Shown here piece by piece: positions 37,136 to 49,139 of a stretch of DNA of 64,000 bases; position 1 is the stretch's first letter; each line of letters starts with the position of its first letter. The notes under the pieces are model-generated. The model was not told where the DNA came from. It did not search any database and saw nothing but the letters and a program-made list of their open reading frames with translations. The stretch is from Mobula hypostoma. Its lineage: Eukaryota. The stretch is taken from assembly GCF_963921235.1 (NCBI RefSeq), contig NC_086108.1:10664001-10728000 (forward strand), written 5' to 3'. The translations under genes were made by a program, and so were the position numbers.

Positions 37136-37164
37136 ACAACCTAGAGGGAATGTTGTGTTTGTTC
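37136..37164 (-). CDS. Putative SPATA9-like 29-nt micro-exon: (G)TNTTFPLGC
   Basis: Strong acceptor tctgctctgtccttcag| and donor |gtgagta; phase 1 to 0. Confidence 0.45.
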
Positions 37165-38884
37165 CTGAAGGACAGAGCAGAGCAGACCAGGATACCAGCA
37201 TGCAGGAAATTCAACTGAGATTTATTGATAGCTCTGCTTGTACTGGATGTGAACTCCTCCCATATCGGGGTGGCTAACTGAGTGACAGAGGAACAGCACA
37301 GTCAACTACCATGAAAGGGTCCAGTGGTGGGGAGGGCATTTCTGTGTGTACATTCTCCCTGTTTAGCTCACCCAGGATTCAGGCTCACCCTCTCCCTGAG
37401 CTTCGCAATTACCCACAAGCAGACACATAAAATAAACTATTTCTGGCTTCGTTATCTGTCATCCTCCAGTAACGTAGACAATAAAATTAATCCTTTGCTT
37501 CAAAATAGATTTGTTTATTGTGACAAATTACAGAACCAGGTGTTCAAACCATCAAAAGGATTAGGGAGCTTTTATGAAATGTGTTCGGGGAAAGGTACTG
37601 CTGATAATTCCCGCTGCTGGTGGACGCTGATTCACTGAATTTAAACTGAGCTGTTTGATAAAAGGTTTGCTAAAAGCTGGTGATTATGCCATGCAAAGCT
37701 ACTCTTATGAGTCGTATGTGGTTCTATAAAGAATATTCAAATTTTAACGATCCTAATAACTCTGTACAAGTGGGATGTCAATGTCCCTTTTACTCAATGG
37801 ATCACTCGCAGGCTAGAATTTTATAGAGTCATAATCATTTTGTTTATTATAAGTGTTAGGGTGTATTCTGGAGTTATGGTATATAGCAAACATTAATTTC
37901 AGCAGCAACCAGTCTACAGATCTGAAAGTGGACTGTGGATTGAATTTAAAATGCAGTTCTGAACGACGATTCTCCTGAAGCTGCTGACTAGGGATGATTG
38001 CAAACCCTTTCAACAGAGATGTCTGCATAAGTATGAATGCATCTAGAGAGACAATGGTGATTAACATTCAAACAAGGGTGTCTGGAGTGTTGGTGTGAAG
38101 ATTTCTCCTCTGCTGAATAAATCTTCCTCTATTCTCCACTCTGACATTTCACTTCTTCACACCTGCCTATTACTTCCCCCAGGCTCCCGTCCTCTGTTAC
38201 AATACGCACCAGCCTTCTGAGGTTTAGTTGCCCCACCTCTCTGGAATATGGACAGCTGGTGCAGATGCTTTAAAGATTCAAGGCCGTCCCGCTAATTGGC
38301 AGCCATGTTTTGGCGCCAGGATTTTAATATTTAAAGAGCACCTGAACAATGTTTGGTGCTCAATCATCCATTCTACTTTGGATTCTCATCTTGCGTCATT
38401 TAGTCCCCTGCCCTCATTTCAGTCTCGACTCATCCTCCTTCTCTTTCTCCTATGGTTCACTTTCCTCTTCTCCAGCCCTTGACTTTTCTCACCTTCCAGC
38501 GAGGCTCCTCCCCCTCCCACCACTTTTTTATTCGGGCATCCTCCCCCTTCCTTCTCAGTCCTGATGAAGGGCCTCAGCCCGAAAGGTCAACTTTTCCATA
38601 GGTGCTGCCTGACCTGCTGAGTTCCTCCAGCATTTTAAGTGTATGTTGCTGAAAATTTAGGTGTTTGAAATTACATGTAACTTAAATGAAGCTCTGTCAA
38701 ACCAAAATATTGAAATAAATGATGTCATTGTAATTATTGGAACTATATAGAGTTACCATTCATCTTAAGGGTATAAAACTTTGATGTACTTTGAGTTCAG
38801 GGGCCTCTTTGTCCAAGAGTGTCTCCAGTATGATGCCTCCTGCTTGTTTTGCCGAATAAAGACTGATATACTTCTACTTACTTC

Positions 38885-39500
38885 GTAAAGAAAGCTTTTA
38901 ACACATTGGCCTTCATAAATATTGGATACAGGAGATGGGATGTTATGTTGAAGTTGTATAAGACATTGGTGAGGCCAAATTTGGAGTATTATGTGCAAAT
39001 TTGGTCACCTGTCCACAGGAAAGATGTAAGCAAGGTTGAAAGAGTGCAGAAAAAATTTACAAGGATTTTGCCGGAACTGGAAGACCAGAGTTATAAAGGA
39101 AGATTGAATAAGTTAGGATTTTATTTCTTAGAATGTAGAAGATTGAGAGATTTGATAGAGGTATACAAAATCATGAGGAATATAGATGAGGTAAATGCAA
39201 ACAGGCTTTTTCAACTGAGGTTGGGCAGGACTACAACTAGAGATCATGGTTAGAGGTGAAAGTGAAAAGTTTAAGGGGAACATGAGGGGAAAATTCTTCA
39301 CTCAGAGGGTTGTAAGAGTACGGAATGAGCTGCCAGCGCAAGTGGTGCATGTGAGCTCGATTTTAACATTCAAGAGAAGCTTGGATAGGTACGTGAGTGG
39401 TAGGGGTATGGAGGGCCATGATCCTGGTGCGGGTCGATGGGAGTAGGCAGTTTAAATGATCAGATGGGTGAAGGGCCTGTGTCTGTACTTTCCTGTGACT
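38885..39500 (+). mobile_element. CR1 LINE 3' fragment
   Basis: ORFs 38906-39253 and 39246-39446 (LYKTLVRPNLEY, FFTQRVV). Confidence 0.85.
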
Positions 39501-39859
39501 CTATACCCACCAGGGTCAGTGTCTCTCCAGTGACTTCCTTCACAGTTGCAACAATAAGGGGAGAATGCGGAGCAGGCAAAAGCAGTGGAAACCTTCCAGT
39601 ATCAACATGGAACACATTGACAGCAGGAGGGGAGGATTACCAGCAGCATGTTCCAGCTCCGTTTTCCTGTGTACTGGCAGTGCGCTTTGTGGCTCAGCAA
39701 GCCAGTCTGCCTGGCGCAGTGTGCACACATTCTGAGAGACTGTCACTCCCACGGTCTGGCGGCCCTGGCGGTCACCGTGAGACAGAGAGAGCTGCATGGT
39801 CAGACTCCCAGGATGGGGATCTTTGTTTCCTCATCAGAAGCAGGTTTTGCCGTGTACAC

Positions 39860-40365
39860 AGACACAGGAGGATCTGCAGATGCTAGAAATCCGGAGCCAG
39901 GCACACAAAATGTTGGAGGAACTCAGCAGGTCAGGCAGCTTCTATGGAAAAGAGTAAACTGTCAACCTTTTGAGCCAAGACCCTTTATCAGGACTGGAAA
40001 AGAGGGGGGAAGATGCTATAATTAGGTGGGTGGGGAAGGGGTAGGAGTACAAACGCGAAGGTGATAGGTGAAGCCTGGTGAGTGGGGAAGGGGAGATGAA
40101 GTAGGAGGCTGGGAGCAGATAGGTAGAAAGGGCTGGAGAGGAGACTGTACCGTAGGAGAAAGGGAAGGAGGAGGGGACCCAGGGGGAGGTGATAGACAGG
40201 TGAGAAGAGGTAAGAGGCCAGAGTGGGGAATTGAGGAGTAGGGAAGGGGGAGTTGGAAAAAAATTCTAAATTTGGAGAAATCTATGTTCATGCCATGAGG
40301 TTGGGGGCTACCTTGATAGAATATAGGGTGCTGCCCCTCCAATCTGAGAGTGGCCTCATCGTAGC
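39860..40365 (-). mobile_element. PLE 3' fragment with GIY-YIG C-terminus and decayed hammerhead (~39960-39995)
   Basis: ORF 40022-40480 contains DEATLRLEGQHPIFYQGSPQPHGMNIDFS; directly links the mini-element sequence to a PLE ORF. Confidence 0.75.
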
Positions 40366-41093
40366 AGGAGATGTACGGACATATCAGAAGATGATACACA
40401 AAACTATTGCTCGCTTTGTTATGGGCAGGGGTTATTTTTGTGGACAGAAGGCTATGTCGGTGTCGGTAGTGTGGCAACACCTGTGGGCTGCTCCTAGTAT
40501 ACCCTCAGACTGTGCTGATCTCTAATGCAAAAAGACACATTTCATTGCTTCAGTGTTTCAGCATACATGTGGTAAATAAATCGAATCGTTAATCTTGTCA
40601 GAGTGGTCTGGAGAGGGAGCTGCAGAGACAATGACCGGGAATAGGGATCCGTCTGTAAGAGAGCACGGTACGTGACTTGGAGGGGAACTTGCAGATGGTG
40701 GCTGTACCTTCCTCGCTGAGGTGTCGTAACATCAAGTGGACAGTCAGCCAAACTCCACTGAAAAATGACGGGAGTCAGGGTGTAGTCTCTGAGCTCCCTG
40801 GGTTTATTGCAGACTCAGTGACATGATATAGTGCATAAGGAGAGAAACTGAAAAACAACAAATACAGAGCAATTACCATGTTGTTCTATTCACACAAGGA
40901 AATATACACAGGTAAGTAGGAACTTCGTTATGTTTCCTGTAAGTAAATATTATAGTATTCTGACAGGTAAATACTATAGGTGAATGGTATGTAGAGACCA
41001 TTAGTGTATAGGTAAATGTCCAATAAACTCAAAAATAACATTTTATTTCAGCAAAACCTTATTGATATCTTTAGATTAACATCAACTTACAAG

Positions 41094-41844
41094 TGTGATG
41101 CCCTGGTTAAGGTTTCTGCTGCTATGCTGTAGGTATTTCATTTTAGCAGTTTTCTACAAAAGCAGTGTGTCCTGCAGAATGTTCTGATTTCAGCGGAAGA
41201 CAAGAAGCCTGTTGTTCAACTTTAGGAATGTTGTGTCAGCCAAGCAGGAGAGGTTCCTAGAGAGAATGGGGCAGATTGAGTTTTCTGAAGGGCAGTAGTC
41301 TGGTTTGGGGTCTTTTGGAGGGAGCCAGAGGGAAGGTATCTTCCACCATTGGAGAAAGAGTCCCCGTTGCAAGAAGGGCTTTGTGCAGATGAGTGGCTCC
41401 AAGAAGGAAGGACAATACTCCAGAGAGAGAGAGAGAGACAGATGGTTATAGAGGTGTTTTCGTGGGTCCAGCACGTGGGAAAGTACACCCCGAATACTCC
41501 AGCAGTTATGTTCACACTGGATTGGTTTCACTGTAATGGACCTTTCTCTTCTCTTTTCTTTTTCTTATTAGCTGCATGATAAAGCTGAAATATGCAAATA
41601 CACTTTCTTTATAATTTTATGCGATGTTATTTCTTGCTGACAGATAATTGTATATGGGCAGTATTTACACAGCATTTTTCAATCGAGATTCTGTTAATTG
41701 AAACATCCCAACTTTGCTGATTAATTGAATCCCAAATCATATTGACCCTAGATGCATATTGTTTATAAAAGTGGTCCTCTCACCGCTGAGTCATGTGGCT
41801 GTTAGCCGAGTTATTGAGCCAAGTTTGCATGTGAGAGGGTCACA
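41094..41844. mobile_element. Probable solo LTR
   Basis: Termini TGTGA...TCACA, imperfect 4-bp flanks caag/caat, no ORF. Confidence 0.5.
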
Positions 41845-42059
41845 CAATTAATGCTTCTGCTGGGGAAATAACAGGACGGCTTTAAATAGAAACTTCTTTA
41901 GCTCCTGGCATTAACCTCCAGCCTTCTGCCAGCCAATGTGCTTTTCTACTTCCTACTTCCTGACTGCAAAGGAAGTGATCTCATATAGATGTGAAACTGC
42001 TTATTTCAAAGTAAAAGTTGAATGTGCTTAATCACATAGTGAAAACTGCCCGAAGTTAT

Positions 42060-42525
42060 ATTCAGAGGGTGGAAGGTCTCATGCTACCCATTCGAAGTAA
42101 GCTGCCGTGGGTTCATTGTATTCCCTTTCCAGAAGTAGCTGCGTGACCTTGGCTTCACTAGAAGAGAGATCAAGTCAACCAGCAGGGCTGTAGCTGAGGC
42201 AGCAGAGAAAGGATCAGCATGGGTGTGGACCAAGTACGTCCAGAGGGGCAGATAGTCAGACAGTGTATCCATCTTTTGCAAATCCATCAGTAGGTGCATA
42301 GACACCTGAAGAGCAGACTATCTGTTGGATGGAAGCGACCAACAACTCTGATAGAGGCAGATGCTAAGTTTTTAAGCTCACCAGTGGGAGGTGGTGCTTT
42401 AGCACTGCTGGCCCACCACCTCGAGGGAGTCTTGATCATAAACGGGCCGAAACTCCTGAAGACAGGTGGCAGATCAACTGATGACCCCACTGGTGATAGC
42501 ACAGGACAGTTAACATCTTAGTCCA
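42060..42525 (+). mobile_element. Hero-clade non-LTR retrotransposon 3' end
   Basis: Frame from 42061: RGWKVSCYPFEVSCRGFIVFPFQK*LRDLG...AVAEAAEKGSAWVW, matching the EVGCRGF / EAAEKxSxWxW C-terminus of Hero-type elements. Confidence 0.7.
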
Positions 42526-42613
42526 TGTGTATTTTTAACCCCTGCACTAGATGCCTCTCTATCAGTGTCAGAGGTGGCAGGTTTTCAAGCAGTTGTTAGA
42601 TTATCACATAGAT

Positions 42614-43038
42614 CAGGGGTTCAAAGTTCAAAGTAAATTTTATTATCAAAGTACCTGTATATCACCATATACAACCCTGAGATTCATTTTCCTGAGGGCA
42701 AACTCAGCAAGTCTATAACAGGATCAATGAAAGATAACCAATCAGCCGAAGACAGCAAATTGTGCAAATGAAAATATAAATAAATAGCAATAAATAACAA
42801 GAACATGAGTTAATGAGATAAAGAGTCCTTAAAGTGAGATTATCGGTTGAGGGAACATCTCGATGGATGGGCAATTGAATGTAGTTATCCCCTTTTGATC
42901 AAGAGCCTGATGGTTGTGGGGTAGTAACTGTTCTTCAACCAGATGGTGCGAGTCCTGAAGCTGGGTGGGGTGGAGGGGGTTCCCATGGAGCCCTGCCATT
43001 AATTGAGAGCTCCGCGGAGTCCAGGTTGGGAACACCTG
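42614..43038. mobile_element. Short hAT MITE with nested Rex1 3' fragment
   Basis: Ends caggggtt / aacacctg; perfect 8-bp TSD acatagat (42606-42613 / 43039-43046). Confidence 0.75.
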
Positions 43039-44029
43039 ACATAGATTATTGAGATAGGTAGAAAGGGGAAGTGCAGGATTCCCTGAAGGTTAACTTGCAG
43101 TTTCAATCAGTGGTCAGGGGAAGGCAATTGTAATGTTAGCATTGATTTTCATTCCCAGTGGCCTGAGGGGATAGGGGTCTATCTGTAAGGTGGGAAAAAG
43201 AATGAAAAAAGTAAGGCAGCACCCATCATTATGGGTCCCCATCACCCAGGACATGCCCTCTTCTCTCTGCTACCATCAGGGAGGAGGTACAGGAGCCTGA
43301 AGACACACATTCAATGATTCAGGATCAGCTTAATCCCCTCTGCCATCAGATTTCTGAATGGACATTAAGACTAGCTCACTACTCTTTTTTGAGCTACATA
43401 TTTAATTTAACTATTTTAACTGTTATTCTCTGTTTTTGTTATTATATATTGCATTGTACTGTTGCTGCATAACAACCAATTTCACAACATATGCCGATGA
43501 CATTAAACCTGATTCTCATTCTCTCTCGATACTCGAGTTATTGTCACTTTATATTTCTGTTTGCCCTACCGCAGAAAGCTCTGCTGTACTTGGCACTGTT
43601 CTGCCGTCTTCTGCCTGTTGTATTTAACATCACCTTGAACACCGTTTATATCGTGAACTTCACGCCAGCAAGGGACTTCATTTCACCCTGGTGTGTACGG
43701 TAAGCTGATCTGAATCTGACGGTTGCGTGGTATCCACCTGTGGACAGTGACACAGCGTCCCCCTGGAGACGGTGACAAGTGTCCACTCGCAGAAGGTCAC
43801 TCAGTGCCCACCCAGGACAGTCACATGGCATCCGCCCACAGTGTCCACCTGCAGGTGGTCATGCAACCTCCAACAGTGGACATTGACACAGTTCGTGCCT
43901 GTCTCATCACTTCTTTCAGCCCACGACCAAGTGTGGGGTGTACCCAGTAACCTGTCCCCACTAACACCTAGCCATCCCTGATGAGCAGGTTAGTTACATT
44001 AGCCACAAATTAGAGGATGATGATTCGGT

Positions 44030-44400
44030 TAAGTGGTCCTCCGATCTTGGCAATTTATTTGCAAATGTTTCGTCACCATACGAGGAGGCATTGCCAGCAC
44101 GCTGTTGATTGCGGTGTGTCCTCTGAATGCTCGGCCTTTATATGCTCACCAATCAGCTGATTGGTTGTGGAGGGGAAATCTTGTTGCTGATTGGTTACAT
44201 GGCAAACTCTGCGTTGTGGTTCGGAATCTTGCCCGCGTCAGCTTATAAGTAGGACTGAGGTGTGCGTGTCTGTTTTCAGGATTGTTTGCGGAAAACCACG
44301 CTTCGAGGAATTCTCTTGCATGTGGCATGTTTGCTTGTGCCACGGCCTTCACCGCTGCCCAGTCGAATTTGTGCCCCTCTCGATCTTCATGGCTTCATCA
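44030..44400 (-). mobile_element. Penelope-like element 3' fragment
   Basis: AREFLEAWFS remnant; same family as 4120-5165. Confidence 0.7.
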
Positions 44401-45569
44401 GAGGCTGACATTTTAATTCCCATGTTCTAATTGTTGGAAACTACACTATCTCCACTGTTTGTGAGTAAAAACCCGTGTGTCTGCAACCTATTTGTTGTTG
44501 ATGGAGAAAGAGAGTGAAGTATATTTCCTGGTATTAAATGACCTTAAAAGCTCCTTGGCTTCAATGCAGTGCTTGTTGTAGTGTGCAGAAACTGATTGGA
44601 TTATAGTTGCATAACTCCTTCCACACCATCACTTACTATCTCCAGTCACCTCCAGCATACACACCAAGGAAGATTACTGACTACAGGCCTGGAGCTGATC
44701 TATCTCCAGCAAAGATCTTCTCTTCAAACATTCCTCTGATGTCAGGGGCTGCACTGAGGAAGTCTATCAGCATACATGGCAATCAGTCAATCCGGATCTC
44801 GAAAGAGCACAGATGTGCGTTAAAAGATTAAAGGCTATCTTTACTTGTAGCATGTGCATCAAGTCACGAGAGTCAACTGCGTCATTGATCAACACAGTGC
44901 GAGATGTGCTGGGGGCAGTCTGCAAGCGTGGCCAGGTTTAATGCACCAACGCAGTGTGACCTCAATTCACTAATACGAACAGTCTGCCTTTTTGGAATGT
45001 GGGAGGAAATTGGAGCACTCAGTGAACACAGGGAAACGATACAAACTCTGCAGGGACAGTGACGAGTTGAAGCCCAATCTCACAGCCAGTGCTGTAAAAG
45101 GCTACATTTACCATGCTCAGTGGAAGCTGTGTTTTTAGCTGGTGCAAAGGCTGTTCATCCAGATGCCCATTACAACCAGAGGTGCTGTCAAAGGTATTCA
45201 CGTTTCATCCTGTTGTCCAATGAGTTGAAGCTGATAAATAGAGGAGCAGAATTAGGCTATTCGGCCCATCAAGTCTGCTCCACCATTTCATCATGACAGA
45301 TCCATTTTCCCCCTCAGCCCCAATCTCCTGTCTTCTCCCCGTATCCCTTCATATCCTGACTAATCAAGAATCTACCAACCTTAAATATACCCAATGACTT
45401 GGTCTCCATGGCTGCATGTGGCAGTGAATTCCACAGATTCACCACTCTCTGCCGAAAGAAATTCCTCCTCATCTCTGTTCTAAATGAGTGTCCTCTATTC
45501 TAAGGCTGTGTCTTCTGGCCCTAAACTCTCCCACCATAGGAAACATCCTCTCCAGATACACTCCAACTT

Positions 45570-46219
45570 GCTTTCTTCTTGAAGATGTCCTGGTGAGGCT
45601 TGTGCCCATGATGGAGCTGACTGAGGTCATACCTTTTTCTGCAGCTTCTTTTGGTCCTGTGCAGTGGCCCCTCCACACCAGACAGTGATGCAGCCTGTTC
45701 GAATGCTCCCCATGGTGCATCTGTAGAAATTTGTAAGTGTCTTTGTTTATATATCAAATTTCCTCAAACTCTTAATGAAATATACTTCATTAGGAGTTTG
45801 CTGAGATTTGGTATGTCAACAAAAATATTCAACAATTTCTATAGATGTACCGTGGGGAGCATTCGAACAGGTTGCATCACTGTCTGGTGTGGAGGGGCCA
45901 CTGCACAGGACCGAAAGAAGCTGCAGAGGGTCATAAATTTAGTTGGCTCCATCTTGGGTACCAGCCTACAAAGTACGCAGGACATCTTTAAGGAGCACTG
46001 TCTCAGAAAGGCAGCGTCCATTATTAAGGACTCAGGACATGCCCTTTTCTCACTGTTACCATCAGGTAGGAGGTACAGAAGCCTGAAGGCACACACTCAG
46101 CGATTCAGGAACAGCTTCTTCCCCTCTGCCATCCGATTCTTAAATTGACATTGAACCTGCGAACACTACCTCACCTTTTTAATATATATTATTTCTGTTT
46201 TGCATGATTTTTAATCTAT

Positions 46220-46251
<32 letters not shown>

Positions 46252-46370
46252 GATAGTCATTTATTTATTTTTACCTTTTTTCTTCTATATTATGAATTGC
46301 ACTGAACCGCTGCTGCTGTTAACAAATTTCCCGACAGATGCCGCTGATATTAAACCTTATTCTGATTCTG
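45570..46370. mobile_element. Head-to-head pair of Rex1/Babar fragments forming a palindrome
   Basis: Centre ~45783 (caaactcttaatgaaa tata cttcattaggagtttg); right arm ORF ends LLPSGRRYRSLKAHTQRFRNSFFPSAIRFLN. Confidence 0.85.
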
Positions 46371-46819
46371 AAATATAGCCAGGAGAGGGGGATAACACAG
46401 TAACCCCACCGGGAAGGGGATGTGAGAGAGGTGTCTGGTGACAGCGGTGTGGAAGGAATTGTTCTTGAGTGTGGCTCATGTATCTTCTGCCAGAAGGTGG
46501 ATGAGAGAAAAGGGAATGGCCAGGGTGCCAGGCATCCCTGACGATACGGTCAGCCTTCCTGAATCAACACGTGGTGAAGATGGTCTGGATGGAAGGGTGT
46601 AAAGAGCCTGTGAAGCACTGGTCAGTGTTCACTGTTCTCTGCAGCTTCCGTTTGTCCAAAGCAGAACAGTTGCTGTACCAGGAAACCAGCAAACTGTCAG
46701 GATATTGTCCTACAAGGATCTGTCCTTCCTTCTACCTTCTCTGAGAAGATACAGGATCTTGATCTGTCCTGACCACAGCCACCTTCAATCTGCTAAAATC
46801 TGTCCTTCAATGATATCTT

Positions 46820-47150
46820 TGGTGGAGATATGTCTCTACCAAAGGAGGTGTAAGGTGCTCCTTCCCTCCGCCAGCCTGCAGGTTACCCTTGGGCAAGGTG
46901 TAGCACCTCCTTAGCCTCCACAGCCCCCAGATCATGGCCACGTGAAGCCATGGAAGCAGGTGGACAAATATCGTACGAGCAGCCGGTGCAGATCACAAGT
47001 CCTGGTTATGCATCCACTGACGCCAGGCAGACAGTCTCTGAAGAGTATTGATAATGGCTGGGCATCACCCGTCTTGTAAAGACACTGCCCAGAAGAAGCA
47101 ATGACAAATCACTTCTGTAGAAACATTTGCCGAGAACAATCCTGGTCGTG
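46820..47150 (+). mobile_element. Unclassified SINE-like element (same family as 8530-9115)
   Basis: Shared head ggagatatgtctctaccaaaggaggtgtaagg... Confidence 0.6.
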
Positions 47151-47347
47151 AGACACGGCACCCATGGTCATTCAGCCAATGCAGCTATTCCCACCTTCAG
47201 CCTGACTCTCTGCACCCAGTTTCCTGCTGCATGTCCATGCGTCACTCAACAGTAAAATGTTCCACCCTTGTCCATTAGATCAACAAAACCAAAAAACTTT
47301 GGTGGAGAAAATCCCGAGCGTTTCACTGTCCCGTATGTGTATGAGTT

Positions 47348-48877
47348 AATAGTGGATGCATTAGTGATAATTTTTCAAAACTCGTTAGATTCTGGACTAG
47401 TTCCTGAGGATTGGAGGGTGGCTAATGTAACCCCACTTTTTAAAAAAGGAGGGAGAGAGAAACCGGGGAATTATAGACCAGTTAGCCTAACGTCGGTGGT
47501 GGGGAAACTGCTGGAGTCAGTTATCAAAGATGTGATAACAGCACATTTGGAAAGCAGTGAAATCATCGGACAAAGTCAGCATGGATTTGTGAAAGGAAAA
47601 TCATGTCTGACGAATCTCATAGAATTTTTTGAGGATGTAACCAGTAGAGTGGATAGGGGAGAACCAGTGGATGTGGTATATTTGGATTTTCAAAAGGCTT
47701 TTGACAAGGTCCCACACAGGAGATTAGTGTGCAAACTTAAAGCACACGGTATTGGGGGTAAGGTATTGGTGTGGGTGGAGAATTGGTTAGCAGACAGGAA
47801 GCAAAGAGTGGGAATAAACGGGACCTTTTCAGAATGGCAGGCGGTGACTAGTGGGGTACCGCAAGGCTCAGTGCTGGGACCCCAGTTGTTTACAATATAT
47901 ATTAATGACTTAGATGAGGGAATTAAATGCAGCATCTCCAAGTTTGCGGATGACACGAAGCTGGGTGGCAGTGTTAGCTGTGAGGAGGATGCTAAGAGGA
48001 TGCAGAGTGACTTGGATAGGTTGGGTGAGTGGGCAAATTCATGGCAGATGCAATTTAATGTGGATAAATGTGAAGTTATCCACTTTGGTGGCAAAAATAG
48101 GAAAACAGATTATTATCTGAATGGTGGCCGATTAGGAAAAGGGGAGGTGCAACGAGACCTGGGTGTCATTATACACCAGTCATTGAAAGTGGGCATGCAG
48201 GTACAGCAGGCGGTGAAAAAGGCGAATGGTATGCTGGCATTTATAGCGAGAGGATTTGAGTACAGGAGCAGGGAGGTACTACTGCAGTTGTACAAGGCCT
48301 TGGTGAGACCACACCTGGAGTATTGTGTGCAGTTTTGGTCCCCTAACCTGAGGAAAGACATCTTTGCCATAGAGGGAGTACAAAGAAAGTTCACCAGATT
48401 GATTCCTGGGATGGCAGGACTTTCATATGAAGAAAGACTGGATGAACTGGGCTTGTACTTGTTGGAATTTAGTAGATTGAGGGGGGATCTGATTGAAACG
48501 TATAAAATCCTAAAGGGATTGGACAGGCTAGATGCAGGAAGATTGTTCCCGATGTTGGGGAAGTTCAGAACAAGGGGTCACAGTTTGAGGATAGAGGGGA
48601 AGCCTTTTAGGACCGAGATTAGGAAAAACTTCTTCACACAGAGAGTGGTGAATCTGTGGAATTCTCTGCCACAGGAAACTGTTGAGGCCAGTTCATTGGC
48701 TATATTTAAGAGGGAGTTAGATATGGCCCTTGTGGCTACGGGGATCAGGGGGTATGGAGGGAAGGCTGGGGCGGGGTTCTGAGTTGGATGATCAGCCATG
48801 ATCATAATAAATGGCGGTGCAGGCTCGAAGGGCCGAATGGCCTACTCCTGCACCTATTTTCTATGTTTCTATGTTTC
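47348..48877 (+). mobile_element. Young 5'-truncated CR1 LINE with uninterrupted RT-to-C-terminus frame
   Basis: ORF 47268-48782 with YRPVSLTS, DFQKAFD, GVPQGSVLGP, FADD; (tttctatg)n tail; 8-bp TSD tatgagtt (47340-47347 / 48878-48885). Confidence 0.95.
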
Positions 48878-49139
48878 TATGAGTTTCACTCCACAATGAT
48901 CCTGAAGGTCTTTGGGGATGGGACTGGGCATTTTGGCACCACTTTGTCCTCAGGTGTCTGCTTATAAACCCTTGTTGATAGTCGTACCCGAGGGTTTGGA
49001 AAGGTTGGTCTGTATGGCTGCCCTCAATGTCTGGCAATAACTGGGATTAATGTAGAAATTCCTCGTGGTCAGCATGGACATGTGGGCTGAGCGGCTGCTT
49101 TGGTGCTGTGTGATTGTACGATATGTTTACTGCCATCGT

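Noticed and set aside
39640..39797. Minus-strand ORF with donor G|gtaatc, and lone donor at ~44628
   Set aside because: No clear homology or convincing acceptor/frame; could be alternative exons but unsupported.
40708..40757. Candidate 50-nt minus-strand exon
   Set aside because: Phases do not fit the exon chain and it overlaps LTR-like sequence beginning tgtcgtaac.
47268..48782. 504-aa ORF as a domesticated host gene
   Set aside because: Nearly identical to another CR1 copy, with TSD and tail; the start is a TTG in flanking DNA.
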